Shown one piece after another: positions 30,655 to 39,761 of a stretch of 64,000 nucleotides of DNA. Source of the stretch: Candidatus Latescibacterota bacterium. GTDB taxonomy: Bacteria; Latescibacterota; UBA2968; GCA-2709665. Position numbers and translations under genes: made by a program. The DNA lies in NCBI GenBank assembly GCA_965205485.1, contig OZ242180.1:864001-928000 (forward strand). The letters run 5' to 3'. Positions within the stretch are counted from its first letter, which is position 1, and each line of letters starts with the position of its first letter. The notes beneath the pieces were generated by a model. It worked only from the letters and a program-made list of their open reading frames with translations. It searched no databases and was not told the origin of the DNA.

Positions 30655-31668
30655 GTGAATTTGAAGCCTTTCAAGGATTCCACTGACATCGCGGGAGACG
30701 GATCTCTTCTGCGACAGCGTATGCATGAGGACGGATACCTCTTCATCCGCAGCCTCTTGCCGGGAGAGATCCTGGAGGCACTGCGGCTCGCGTTCCTCAA
30801 GACCGCCCGCGAAGCCGGATGGGCGAGGTTGGACACGCCGCCGGAGGATGGCATCGCGGATCTCAACGGCTTCTGCGTGGAGCCGGAGGCGGCCTACATG
30901 GACGTCTACGCGGATATGTACGCGATAGAGGCCTTTCATAAACTCCAGCATCACCCGGACGTCGTCAGGCTCCTCAAATGTATGGCCGGCGAGCCGATTC
31001 TGCCACATCCGCGGATTATCGCGAGGACCATCTTTCCTCAGCGGGAAGCGTATACGACCCCCGCCCATCAGGACTTCATCCCCATCCAGGGGACAGCGGA
31101 AACGTACACCGCGTGGATACCGCTAAGCGAACTGCCCGCGGAGATGGGCGGTCTGCAGGTCGCCGCCGGTTCCCATCGCAAGGGCGTGTACGACTTCAAG
31201 CCTGCCATGGGAGCCGGGGGTATCGAGATTACCGATCCCCTCGAAGGCGCCTGGGCCAACAGTCCGTTCGCGCAGGGGGACGTCCTCTTCTTCCACAGCA
31301 TGCTCGTTCACAAGGGCCTTCCGAACCGCTCAGACCGGCTCCGCATGTCCATCGACGCGCGATATCAGCGGATCAGCGAACCCATCGCACCGGGCAGCAT
31401 CCTCCCCCACAGCCAGCCGAACACCTGGGAGAACATCTATCGGGGCTGGAAGGACGAATCGCTGAAGTACTACTGGGAGAAATACGAACTGGAGATCAGT
31501 GAATACGACAACAAGTACCACGACATGCGGGACCGGATGGCTTTCGACATGGCCGAAGCGGGAGACGAGACGGCCATCTCCGCCCTCCAGCGCATCATCG
31601 CGCGGCACAACGACCCGGCGATGAGGGAAAGGGCGGCCCAACTGCTGGCCCGGTTCGAGGGAAATTGA
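30655..31668 (+). CDS. PhyH-family dioxygenase (start possibly TTG 30661)
   Basis: TPAHQD, WIPL..GGL..GSH, GDVLFFH..VHKGLPN..RMSIDARY. Confidence 0.9.
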   Translation: MNLKPFKDSTDIAGDGSLLRQRMHEDGYLFIRSLLPGEILEALRLAFLKTAREAGWARLDTPPEDGIADLNGFCVEPEAAYMDVYADMYAIEAFHKLQHHPDVVRLLKCMAGEPILPHPRIIARTIFPQREAYTTPAHQDFIPIQGTAETYTAWIPLSELPAEMGGLQVAAGSHRKGVYDFKPAMGAGGIEITDPLEGAWANSPFAQGDVLFFHSMLVHKGLPNRSDRLRMSIDARYQRISEPIAPGSILPHSQPNTWENIYRGWKDESLKYYWEKYELEISEYDNKYHDMRDRMAFDMAEAGDETAISALQRIIARHNDPAMRERAAQLLARFEGN

Positions 31669-31685
31669 GTTAAGTGCCGCGGACT

Positions 31686-32462
31686 TCAGTCGACGACGCC
31701 GTAGGCCCGGTCGAGGTCGCGGGAACACGCTTCAAGCATCTGTGTCAGCGCGAAGAACTCGCTGCCGTGGGCGATCAGGCGGGCGCCCATGTCGTAGAGT
31801 TCCTTTACGTGATCCGGGGATGCCGCCGGACAGCCCCACGCCAGCCCCCGTCCTCCCGCGACGGTCGCCACCTTCCTGATGGCTTCGTCAAGTGTGTATC
31901 CCGGTTTCAGCCGGTCGATCCTCAGACCGAGGTCGCCCGGCCCGATGAACAGGCCGTCGACGCCCTCGACGGATACGATCGCGTCCAGGTTTTCCATAGC
32001 CAGGGGCGTTTCGATCTGAACGACAAGAAATGTCTCGCGGTTGGCATCGTCCACGTATGTTTCCCCGCCTGACATATAGAAGTCGGCATCGAGCCCGGCC
32101 GCGTCCTGGCCGCGGTCGCCAACGGGCGGAAACTTGACGGCGTCCACCAGCATCTGCGCCTTCTCCGGCGTCGAGACGTGGGGTATCATCAGGCCGGTCG
32201 CGCCGTCCTCCAGGTAACGATACAGCCTCGTTTTCTCCGTGGTGGGCGGCCGGAACATGCAGTCGATGTCGAACAGGTGGAAGTAGGCGAGCATGGACTG
32301 GATTTCCCGGTCCGTGAAACACCGGTGCTCGCCGTCCAGCCAGATACAGTCGTAGCCCGCGTTCGCGGCCATGCGGATGTACGCCGGTATGAAGTGACCG
32401 AGTCCGCAGATCCGGGCGGGCCTGCCATCGCGTATCTTCGCAAGCAGTTTGCTCTTGCGCAT
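31686..32462 (-). CDS. HpcH/HpaI aldolase family
   Basis: WLDGEH, KFPPVGDRG, QIET, LFIGPGDL. Confidence 0.9.
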   Translation of the reverse strand: MRKSKLLAKIRDGRPARICGLGHFIPAYIRMAANAGYDCIWLDGEHRCFTDREIQSMLAYFHLFDIDCMFRPPTTEKTRLYRYLEDGATGLMIPHVSTPEKAQMLVDAVKFPPVGDRGQDAAGLDADFYMSGGETYVDDANRETFLVVQIETPLAMENLDAIVSVEGVDGLFIGPGDLGLRIDRLKPGYTLDEAIRKVATVAGGRGLAWGCPAASPDHVKELYDMGARLIAHGSEFFALTQMLEACSRDLDRAYGVVD

Positions 32463-32625
32463 ATTGGTGACTCCTGGCTTGTGGATTGGCTTCTTCCGGG
32501 ACCCTCGAGCCAGATTTTGAGCAACGGGATCGGAAATTGGATTGATATTCGTCTCGCAGAAGTGTATACCATACAGGATACGCGACAGGAACACCAGAAA
32601 CTTCTGACGTGGATGCCGGAAAGTC

Positions 32626-32751
32626 GGTGAGACGGGAGAGGTAAGACGGTAGAAGAGATCCTTGCCCGGAATGTTTTTCCTCCTTGCCTCCGGCACGAGA
32701 AGAAGCCTCACAAGGCAGGCAATCTCTCCCCTCTCCCGTCTACCCTCTCAC
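32626..32751 (+). repeat. ~130-bp dispersed structured repeat, copy D
   Basis: Closely matches copy B, including a similar GGTGGT..GTGTGG tail. Confidence 0.85.
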
Positions 32752-33026
32752 CCGGTGGTCGGGCGGCCGGGTGAAGTGTGGCCCTCTACCGCCTACCCTT
32801 TACCTCTAACCGACTCTGGCTGACGGCTGATCGCTGATTTAACCGACCGTTGATCTCTTTTTTCCTTTGTGTCTTTGTGTCTTCGTGTGAGTTAATGTTC
32901 GATCGTAGCTGACTGAGGTTTGTGCTGTTTACGCTTTGATGTTCGACCTTTGGTTCTTGCTTTAAGCTGATGGCTGACGGCTGATAGCTGACGGCTTCTT
33001 TTCAAATCATATCGACAGGAGATACC

Positions 33027-34148
33027 ATGGCCAAATACCGAGCAGCAGTCATCGGCCTGGGATGGATGGGCATGCTCTACGATCTGGCGGAGCGTATCCC
33101 GGACCTCTTCGAAATCGACGACGTGGACCGCCCGACGCCCGAACTGGACGTCCATCGCCGGTTCTATCACCACGACCATCCGGGCACCGAAGGAAATCCG
33201 ACGTCCTATGCCGAGGCGCTGCACAACCGTCCCGAGGTGGAGCTGGCGTCTGCGGCCGACCGGGACCCGAAGCGACTCGCGGCGTTCACCGAACGCTACG
33301 GGATCGAGGCGACTTACGAGGATGCCGAAGCGATGCTGCGCGCCGAGCGCCCGGACATCGTGGCCATTGCCACGAATACAAAAGGTCGCGCCGACCTGAC
33401 GTGTCTCGCGGTACAATGCGGCGCACGCGGCATCGTTACCGACAAGCCGATGTGCCACACGCTCGAAGAGGCGGACCGCATGGTTTCAACCTGCGCCGAT
33501 GCGGGCGTCCCCCTCAATTGCGGTGCGATCTCGACGACCCACCCCTCTTTCGGAAAAGCCAGAGAACTGGTGCAAAGCGGTGCCATCGGGGAGATCCTGT
33601 CGATCGAGGCGAACTCACCGTTCGCGCAACATCAGAACTGGTCGTATTTCCTGGATAGCGCCCCTGCCTGGGTCTCAGGAATCGGAGACCTCCCCCGTCG
33701 TGGAGCGGGTACCGACGAGTTCGCGGGACCTGGAGGAAGCGACGAATTCAGGGGCCAGGGAATCATGGTCACGGAAGACCAGACGGTCGTACACTTTCGA
33801 GCGGGAGCGCCGGGGGTCCGGCTGGAGGGGAGTACGGGTGAGATCGAGTTCAGGGCGGGCCGTCGATGGCGGCTGAGCCAGCAGCTGGAGACGACCGGCA
33901 ATATTCGCGTGGAAATGCCGTGGCCGGAGCCGCAGTTCGTGCATCCGTACGGCGCTGTCTACTCGCTGAACGACGTGATCGACTGCATGGAAGGCCGCCT
34001 GGACGAGCCGAAGAACTCGGGCCGGCGGATTGCCGTGGCCCTGGAAGTGGAGATCGCGCTGAAGCTCTCCTCGGCGCGAGGCGGAGAGCGCGTGGCGCTT
34101 CCTCTTGAAGACCGTTCGCTTGGGCTGAACTACGACTGGTTCCGCTAG
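33027..34148 (+). CDS. Gfo/Idh/MocA family oxidoreductase
   Basis: AAVIGLGWMG, PDIVAIAT, DKPM..TLEEADRM. Confidence 0.85.
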   Translation: MAKYRAAVIGLGWMGMLYDLAERIPDLFEIDDVDRPTPELDVHRRFYHHDHPGTEGNPTSYAEALHNRPEVELASAADRDPKRLAAFTERYGIEATYEDAEAMLRAERPDIVAIATNTKGRADLTCLAVQCGARGIVTDKPMCHTLEEADRMVSTCADAGVPLNCGAISTTHPSFGKARELVQSGAIGEILSIEANSPFAQHQNWSYFLDSAPAWVSGIGDLPRRGAGTDEFAGPGGSDEFRGQGIMVTEDQTVVHFRAGAPGVRLEGSTGEIEFRAGRRWRLSQQLETTGNIRVEMPWPEPQFVHPYGAVYSLNDVIDCMEGRLDEPKNSGRRIAVALEVEIALKLSSARGGERVALPLEDRSLGLNYDWFR

Positions 34149-34185
34149 AGAAGAGGAATTGCGTTTCAGAACGCGCGGCCGAGCC

Positions 34186-35166
34186 CTACGCCCACGGTAC
34201 CGGAAGCAAGAACTCGCGGGCGAGGCCCTCGAGCGACCTTACCGCTTCCGCACCGACGGGAATGCCGTTCTCCCGGTAGTCAGCCTCCTTCTTCCAGGCC
34301 CTCTGCCCCGGCAGACCCGCATCCGAAAGTCCTGGCAGCGGCTGCATCTTCGCGGTCTCGTCCATCAGGTAGCCCATGTCCGCTTTGAAGGCGTCGGGAG
34401 AGGTGAAGCGGCTCACGTCCAGGGCCATGTGAAAGCCGGACTGGTCGGCGCCCTGGAACTTCGTGGATCTCCGGTCGAATTCCGGCAGCATCTGTCCGCC
34501 CAGCGTCCCCGAGAGGATGTTGGCCACGTGGGACATGCCGATGGCCTTCACGAATACCGCAGGATTCCTGCGGACGTCCTCGTCGTCCGCCTCGAAATGG
34601 CTGGCATAATCGAGCAGGAAGTTGGGACGACCGGGGCCCGCGGGCATCCCGAAGGCCAGCGGCGGGCTGCCCTGGATGGAGCCGCGGATGCTGTCGGCGC
34701 GATTGTAGGACGGCGCCGCGTTACGGCCTGAGAGGCTGATGCCGACGAGGTCCTCCTTGAGGGCCATCCGCACGTACTTGCCTGAGCTTCCCAGATGGTC
34801 GTGATAGACAGTGGTGACCGCGCCCACGCCCAATTCTCTGGCTTTGGCAATGGCCATTCGCATCGCCCGGGTGGCGACGATCATCCCCAGGCCGCCGTCT
34901 CCGCTGAGCGCGGCGGTCGCGGGGCCTTCGTCGAGCACCCGGATGGTGGGATCGGGATTGGCGCGCCCTTCCTGGAATGAGCGGACGTAGCGCTCCACCT
35001 GCATTACGCCGTGGCTGACCACGCCGCGCAATTCAGTGTCGACCAGCAGGTCGGCGATCAGCCGGGCGTGCTCCGCGGGCAGGGGTACAGCTTCGTAGAT
35101 CGCGCATACCAGGCGCCGCAGGTCTTCAGCGGCAACGCGTATGCCGTCTTTCGGCGGGACGTTCAC
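34186..35166 (-). CDS. Ldh_2 family oxidoreductase
   Basis: LRGVVSHG, GDGGLG, HLGSSG, LDYAS, LPG. Confidence 0.85.
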   Translation of the reverse strand: MNVPPKDGIRVAAEDLRRLVCAIYEAVPLPAEHARLIADLLVDTELRGVVSHGVMQVERYVRSFQEGRANPDPTIRVLDEGPATAALSGDGGLGMIVATRAMRMAIAKARELGVGAVTTVYHDHLGSSGKYVRMALKEDLVGISLSGRNAAPSYNRADSIRGSIQGSPPLAFGMPAGPGRPNFLLDYASHFEADDEDVRRNPAVFVKAIGMSHVANILSGTLGGQMLPEFDRRSTKFQGADQSGFHMALDVSRFTSPDAFKADMGYLMDETAKMQPLPGLSDAGLPGQRAWKKEADYRENGIPVGAEAVRSLEGLAREFLLPVPWA

Positions 35167-35441
35167 TGAAACGCTCCTTCATTGGTTGTGAAGTCGGTCG
35201 TACCGGACGACATGCCATATAAAACCTCAGTGGCCGCCGGTGTCAAGGACGTAGCGACGCGACCTGCACCCCAATTGTGTGGCTTCGCTCCGCTCAGCCG
35301 CGCTTGATGAATGATTCGCGGGTAAAGCAGTATATATGGACGTTAAAAGCGCCTCGGCTCTTCGCCGGGGCGCTTTTCACGTTTGAATGCGAAAATGTTG
35401 CTGCAGCAGTCCAATATTTCTGCCGCATACCAACGGCAATG

Positions 35442-36632
35442 TCAATCGAAGTAATTCTGCCTGATGGATGCGGGAGGGGTGCGTTCGATGGGATCGTCCG
35501 ACGCGAGTTCGAATGCGAAACCGATGGGCGCGGGGCCGGGGTCGTCGAAGCGAACGTTGTAGGTGGTGCAGCCCCACCGGTCCCCGGTCGCGACGGCATC
35601 GAAGGCCTCGAAGGTCTGCCGCAGCGGATCGTACGCGAGGCGCCCATACAGTGTCATATCGAGACCCCGGGGCTTGTCAACCGTCAGGCCGCTGTGGGGA
35701 TTGGATTCGAAATTGGGTTCCCCTTCCAGGTGGATGCGGCCCTCCATGCGGAGCCGGACGAGGTCGGATTGGACAGATTCGACCGTCAGGCTGATCTCTC
35801 CGTCTTTCAGGTCTTCATCCTTCCATCCGTGCGATTGACCGCGTGCCGTGTCGATGAAGTGGCGCAGTGCGAGACGTCTGGTGAAGAAATCCGGCGCGCG
35901 CCAGGTCTGGCCGGGCACGACATTCCCGGGCACGAGAGACCCGGTCTCCTCCTGGGTAAACCACGCGAAGTCGATGTTGTGCCGGGGGTCCACGCCGCCG
36001 GAGTTCCGCGGAAGGTCGCGCACCGCGATTTTCAGTACAAGGCCGTTTTCCGGATAGGACCAACCGAGCATGGGATCGACGGGATAGGTTTCGGGAATCT
36101 CGGGTGACTCGCCGGTATCCGGGCGTTTCCGCCACCGTTCCAGGCTTTGCTCGAGCACTTCCAGGAGCGGCTCCGCATCCCGCGTGTTGATGGACCCCAG
36201 CAACTCGCCGTCCGAGGTACACGCGTACAGGCCCTGCCGGGTGGCCGTGGGTTCGGTTCGACCGCCGTAATGGCCCTGTTCGGCCACGAGGCGGAAGAAC
36301 TCGCCCTTGGCGTCTTTCTGCGTCTGGGTATAGCTGCAGTTGTCCGCAACGGGAATGTAGGATTCGTTGAGGATTCGGATAATCCTGGGATGGGAAAAGA
36401 CGGACTCACGGCCCGCGATGCCGTTGTTTCAGACGCAGCCGAGCGGGTTTCCGTTCATCGCCCAGATAAACAGCGGTCTCCCCACCGAAGCCGCGCGTCG
36501 CCGGGCAGTCCAGAGATCGGTCTCCCAGCCGATATCCGTCCACCGTACTTCCTCTGGCTTTGACCTGATCAGCGAGGACAGAGATTCAATCGTGTCCGGA
36601 CCTGGCTTCCATTCCTTTTGTCGATCAGTCAT
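35442..36632 (-). CDS. Putative selenoprotein (396 aa, Sec68), thioredoxin-like/SelN-like
   Basis: The 67-aa ORF and the 281-aa ORF are in the same frame, separated by one TGA (36431-36429); read-through gives NPLGCV-U-NNGIAGRESVFSHPRIIRILNESYIPV; RBS AAGGAG. Confidence 0.8.
36400..36416 (-). promoter_or_regulatory. Candidate bacterial SECIS hairpin
   Basis: GCGGGC-CGUGA-GUCCGU at +13..+29 after the UGA, with GU in the apical loop. Confidence 0.55.
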
Positions 36633-36924
36633 ATCGATCTCCTTTGTATTCTCAACTCTCGAGACCTACCCCCGTCGCCCCCTTCCTGAAGGAAGGGGGA
36701 ACGGTGATGAGTCGATGTACAGGGTTAAAGACGTGCCGGGATGGTGACATCCAGTCAATAAGAGTGTCTTTCGGTGACCGGCACGCGAAACCTGCCTTTC
36801 CTCCCTTTCTCCCGCGGGAGAGAGGGCCGGGGAGAGAGGTCTGCGGGGCTGGGTGGAGGAGTTGCTTTTGATCTTGCCTTTCATTTTTAGCTGATTGCTG
36901 ACAGCTGAGAGCTGATAGCTTCTC

Positions 36925-37689
36925 TTAACGTTTCAATATCCCCCCGTTCACGTCGATCGTGGCGCCGGTGATATACGCTCCCATCCGCGAGGCCAGGAAA
37001 AGGGCGGCGTAGGCGATTTCCTCGGGTTGGCCCACGTAACCCAGAGGAATGAGTTCGTTGATCCGGCTGCGGGTCTCGGGAGGGATTTGCATGCTGGTTT
37101 CGATGACGCCCGGCGTGATCGCGTTGACCGTGACGTTGCTGGCAGCCAGGTCGCGGGAGAGGGTCTTTGTCATCCCGATCATCCCGGCCTTCGAGCTGCC
37201 ATAGTGGACGCCGCCGGCGACACCGCCCGTCTGGCCGCTGATGGATGATATATTGATGATGCGGCCGCTTTTCTGTTTTTCCATGTAAGGAGCCGCTGCC
37301 AGGCAGCAGAGATACGCGCCGGTGAGATTCGCGCCGATCACCCGCTGCCACTCGGCATGGTCGACACCACTATAGGGTCCCGGGCTCGACACCCCGGCAT
37401 TGTTGACCAGGACGTCGACGCGGCCGAATTGGTCGAGAGTCCTTTGGACGAAGGCGTTGACATGTGTCTCGTCCGCAACGTCGGCCTGCGCGGCGAGTAC
37501 GTCTTTCCCGGCAGACAGCGCATCGGCGACCGCTTCCAATGGACCCGCGTTGCGCGCAACCAGCGTGAGGCGGGCGCCCGCCTGATGGAACACCTGGGCG
37601 ATGCTCCTGCCGATTCCCCGGCTTGCGCCGGTGACAATGGCGACCTGTCCGGAAAGGTCCAGAAGGTCGGCAAGAGGTTTCTGGGACAT
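36925..37689 (-). CDS. Short-chain dehydrogenase/reductase (FabG-like)
   Basis: TGASRGIG, NNAG, YGSSK, VNAITPG, DVNGG. Confidence 0.9.
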   Translation of the reverse strand: MSQKPLADLLDLSGQVAIVTGASRGIGRSIAQVFHQAGARLTLVARNAGPLEAVADALSAGKDVLAAQADVADETHVNAFVQRTLDQFGRVDVLVNNAGVSSPGPYSGVDHAEWQRVIGANLTGAYLCCLAAAPYMEKQKSGRIINISSISGQTGGVAGGVHYGSSKAGMIGMTKTLSRDLAASNVTVNAITPGVIETSMQIPPETRSRINELIPLGYVGQPEEIAYAALFLASRMGAYITGATIDVNGGILKR

Positions 37690-37772
37690 TGGGTATTCTA
37701 CTTCAGTGATGCCCGGAGACGTAAACAGAGGCTTTTCCGGCCGTGTCGACCGATCCCGTTAGTCTCCCGGGG

Positions 37773-39662
37773 TCAGATGAACTTTACGCTCTTCACTTCG
37801 CGGTTGGCCAGGCGGATTCCCCGGGCCCTGTTGCCGCGAACGGGATAGTCGGCAATGGCGAATTGCTCTTCGGTGATTCTCACGCGTGGTTTGGGCTTGA
37901 AGTTAGCCTGTATCGTACGCCTGGAGTCGGTGGTGAGTTTCAGGACACGGCAGCCTTCCGGCGCCAGTTCGTACCCCCGATTCAGGATGAACTTGCCGAT
38001 TTTGCACCGTTTGATGTAAAGATATCCGGTCCGGTTCTCCTTGTAGAGTATGTTGTAGACGCGGTCTTCATCCACGAAATCGCAGAAAAGCATGCCCTTG
38101 TCCACGAAAAGCTTCTCGGGGGCGTCCACGACGGAGTACGTTCCGGACTTGCGGATCACCAGAACACGGTCGTACGGAGACACGTCGAAAAGGGCGACGC
38201 CATTGACCTGGTGGCCCAGGTAACCGGTATTCCTGTCGTAGCGCAGCTTGAGATTTCGCTGGGCGGCTTCCCGGACGTCGACCTTCTGGATGCTTGCGAT
38301 CTCTGTCCTCCGGGGGTGATCGGCCCGGTATTTCTCTATGATCCCTTCGACGAACCCGATGGCGTAGGCCTGGATGCCGCGCAGGTTGGCACGGACCTCC
38401 CTGAGGCGCTTGCGGATTTCCTGCATTTCCTCCTGGGCCTTGTTGATATCGTAGAGCGATATGCGCCTGATGGGGATCTTGAGCAGGTTATCCACGTCCT
38501 CACGCGAGACTTCCGCCCTGATGCTCTCCCTGAAGTGTTCAAGCCCTTCGAACACCGCACGGTACACATCCTCGGAGGTGGTCTCCTCCTCGATGTTCTT
38601 GTAAATCCGGTTTTCGATGAAGATCTGTTCGAGCGTCTTCGCGTGATGCCGGGCGGTCAACCGCCGCTCTTCGAGTTTGAGTTCTTTCCTGAGCAACTCA
38701 ACCAGGCGGTCCGTATTGTATTGGATCACATCGGTCACGGTGGTGATCTGCGGCCGGTTCTCGCGTATGACCAGCAGATTCGCCGCAATTGACGTCTCGC
38801 AGTCCGTAAATGCATACAGGGCGTCGACGGTATCCCTGGTATGCACGCCGCGGGCGAGCTGGATTTCAATCTCCACCTGATCGGTCGTATAGTCGCTGAT
38901 ACCCGAGATTTTGAGTTTGCCTTTTTTGGATGCGTCTTCGATGGAGGCGATGAGGGTCTCGGTTGTCGTACCGAACGGCAGTTCGCGCACGATGATGCGT
39001 TTCGGATCCTTTGTATCCAGCCTTGCCCGGGCGAGGACCTTTCCGTTGCCGTCGTCATATTGGGAGACGTCAACCATCCCGCCCGTGGGAAAGTCGGGAA
39101 AGAGACTGATGGGTCTGTCCTGCAGACAGGCGATCTGCGCTTCGAGCAGTTCGATCAGGTTGTGCGGGAGGATCCGGGTAGTCATGCCCGCGGCGATGCC
39201 CTCGGAGCCAATGGCGAGCAGGACCGGGATCTTCGCGGGAAAAGCGAGCGGCTCGCGGTTGCGGCCGTCGTACGAATCTTCGAATTCGGTCGTCTCCGGG
39301 TTGAACAGGACCTCTCTTGCCAGAGGCGTGAGCCGGCATTCGATATAACGTGCCGCGGAGGCCTCGTCGCCCGTGAAGATGTTGCCGAAATTGCCCTGCC
39401 TGTCGATGAACAGCTCCTTATTGGCCAGATTGACGAGGGCGCCGAAGATGGAGAGGTCCCCGTGGGGATGGTACCTCATGGTCTGGCCCACGACGTTGGC
39501 GACCTTGTGGTACTTGCCGTCGTCCATCTCGTGGAGGGCGTGCAGAATGCGCCGCTGAACCGGCTTGAATCCGTCGTCGATACTGGGAATAGCCCGGTTC
39601 TTGATGGAATAGGACGCAAACTCGAGATAGTATTTTTCGTAAAGGGTGTCGACGTATGCCAC
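37773..39662 (-). CDS. parC: DNA topoisomerase IV subunit A
   Basis: RAIPSIDDGFKPVQRR, YHPHGD, QGNFG, AARYIECRL; short C-terminal domain without GyrA-box. Confidence 0.9.
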   Translation of the reverse strand: MAYVDTLYEKYYLEFASYSIKNRAIPSIDDGFKPVQRRILHALHEMDDGKYHKVANVVGQTMRYHPHGDLSIFGALVNLANKELFIDRQGNFGNIFTGDEASAARYIECRLTPLAREVLFNPETTEFEDSYDGRNREPLAFPAKIPVLLAIGSEGIAAGMTTRILPHNLIELLEAQIACLQDRPISLFPDFPTGGMVDVSQYDDGNGKVLARARLDTKDPKRIIVRELPFGTTTETLIASIEDASKKGKLKISGISDYTTDQVEIEIQLARGVHTRDTVDALYAFTDCETSIAANLLVIRENRPQITTVTDVIQYNTDRLVELLRKELKLEERRLTARHHAKTLEQIFIENRIYKNIEEETTSEDVYRAVFEGLEHFRESIRAEVSREDVDNLLKIPIRRISLYDINKAQEEMQEIRKRLREVRANLRGIQAYAIGFVEGIIEKYRADHPRRTEIASIQKVDVREAAQRNLKLRYDRNTGYLGHQVNGVALFDVSPYDRVLVIRKSGTYSVVDAPEKLFVDKGMLFCDFVDEDRVYNILYKENRTGYLYIKRCKIGKFILNRGYELAPEGCRVLKLTTDSRRTIQANFKPKPRVRITEEQFAIADYPVRGNRARGIRLANREVKSVKFI

Positions 39663-39690
39663 GGTTTCTCCTCGTTACCGCGTAAGAACT

Positions 39691-39735
39691 CAGGGGTCAG
39701 GGAAAGACGGGACCGCGGTTTTCTCCTGACCCCTG
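39691..39735. repeat. Inverted repeat CAGGGGTCAGG/CCTGACCCCTG between parE and parC
   Basis: 11-bp perfect arms. Confidence 0.65.
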
Positions 39736-39761
39736 TATCCTTGAGGGGATTGACCCGGAAT

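Noticed and set aside
32463..32711. N-terminal extensions in the ORF track (also 45202-45366, 21878-22039, 20144-20401)
   Set aside because: They read through repeats or leader DNA; internal starts have clear RBS and match family N-termini
36429..36431. Alternative genetic code (UGA = Trp/Gly) as the explanation of the in-frame TGA
   Set aside because: Many well-conserved genes in the window terminate at TGA at their expected ends (e.g. 7149, 17510, 47723)
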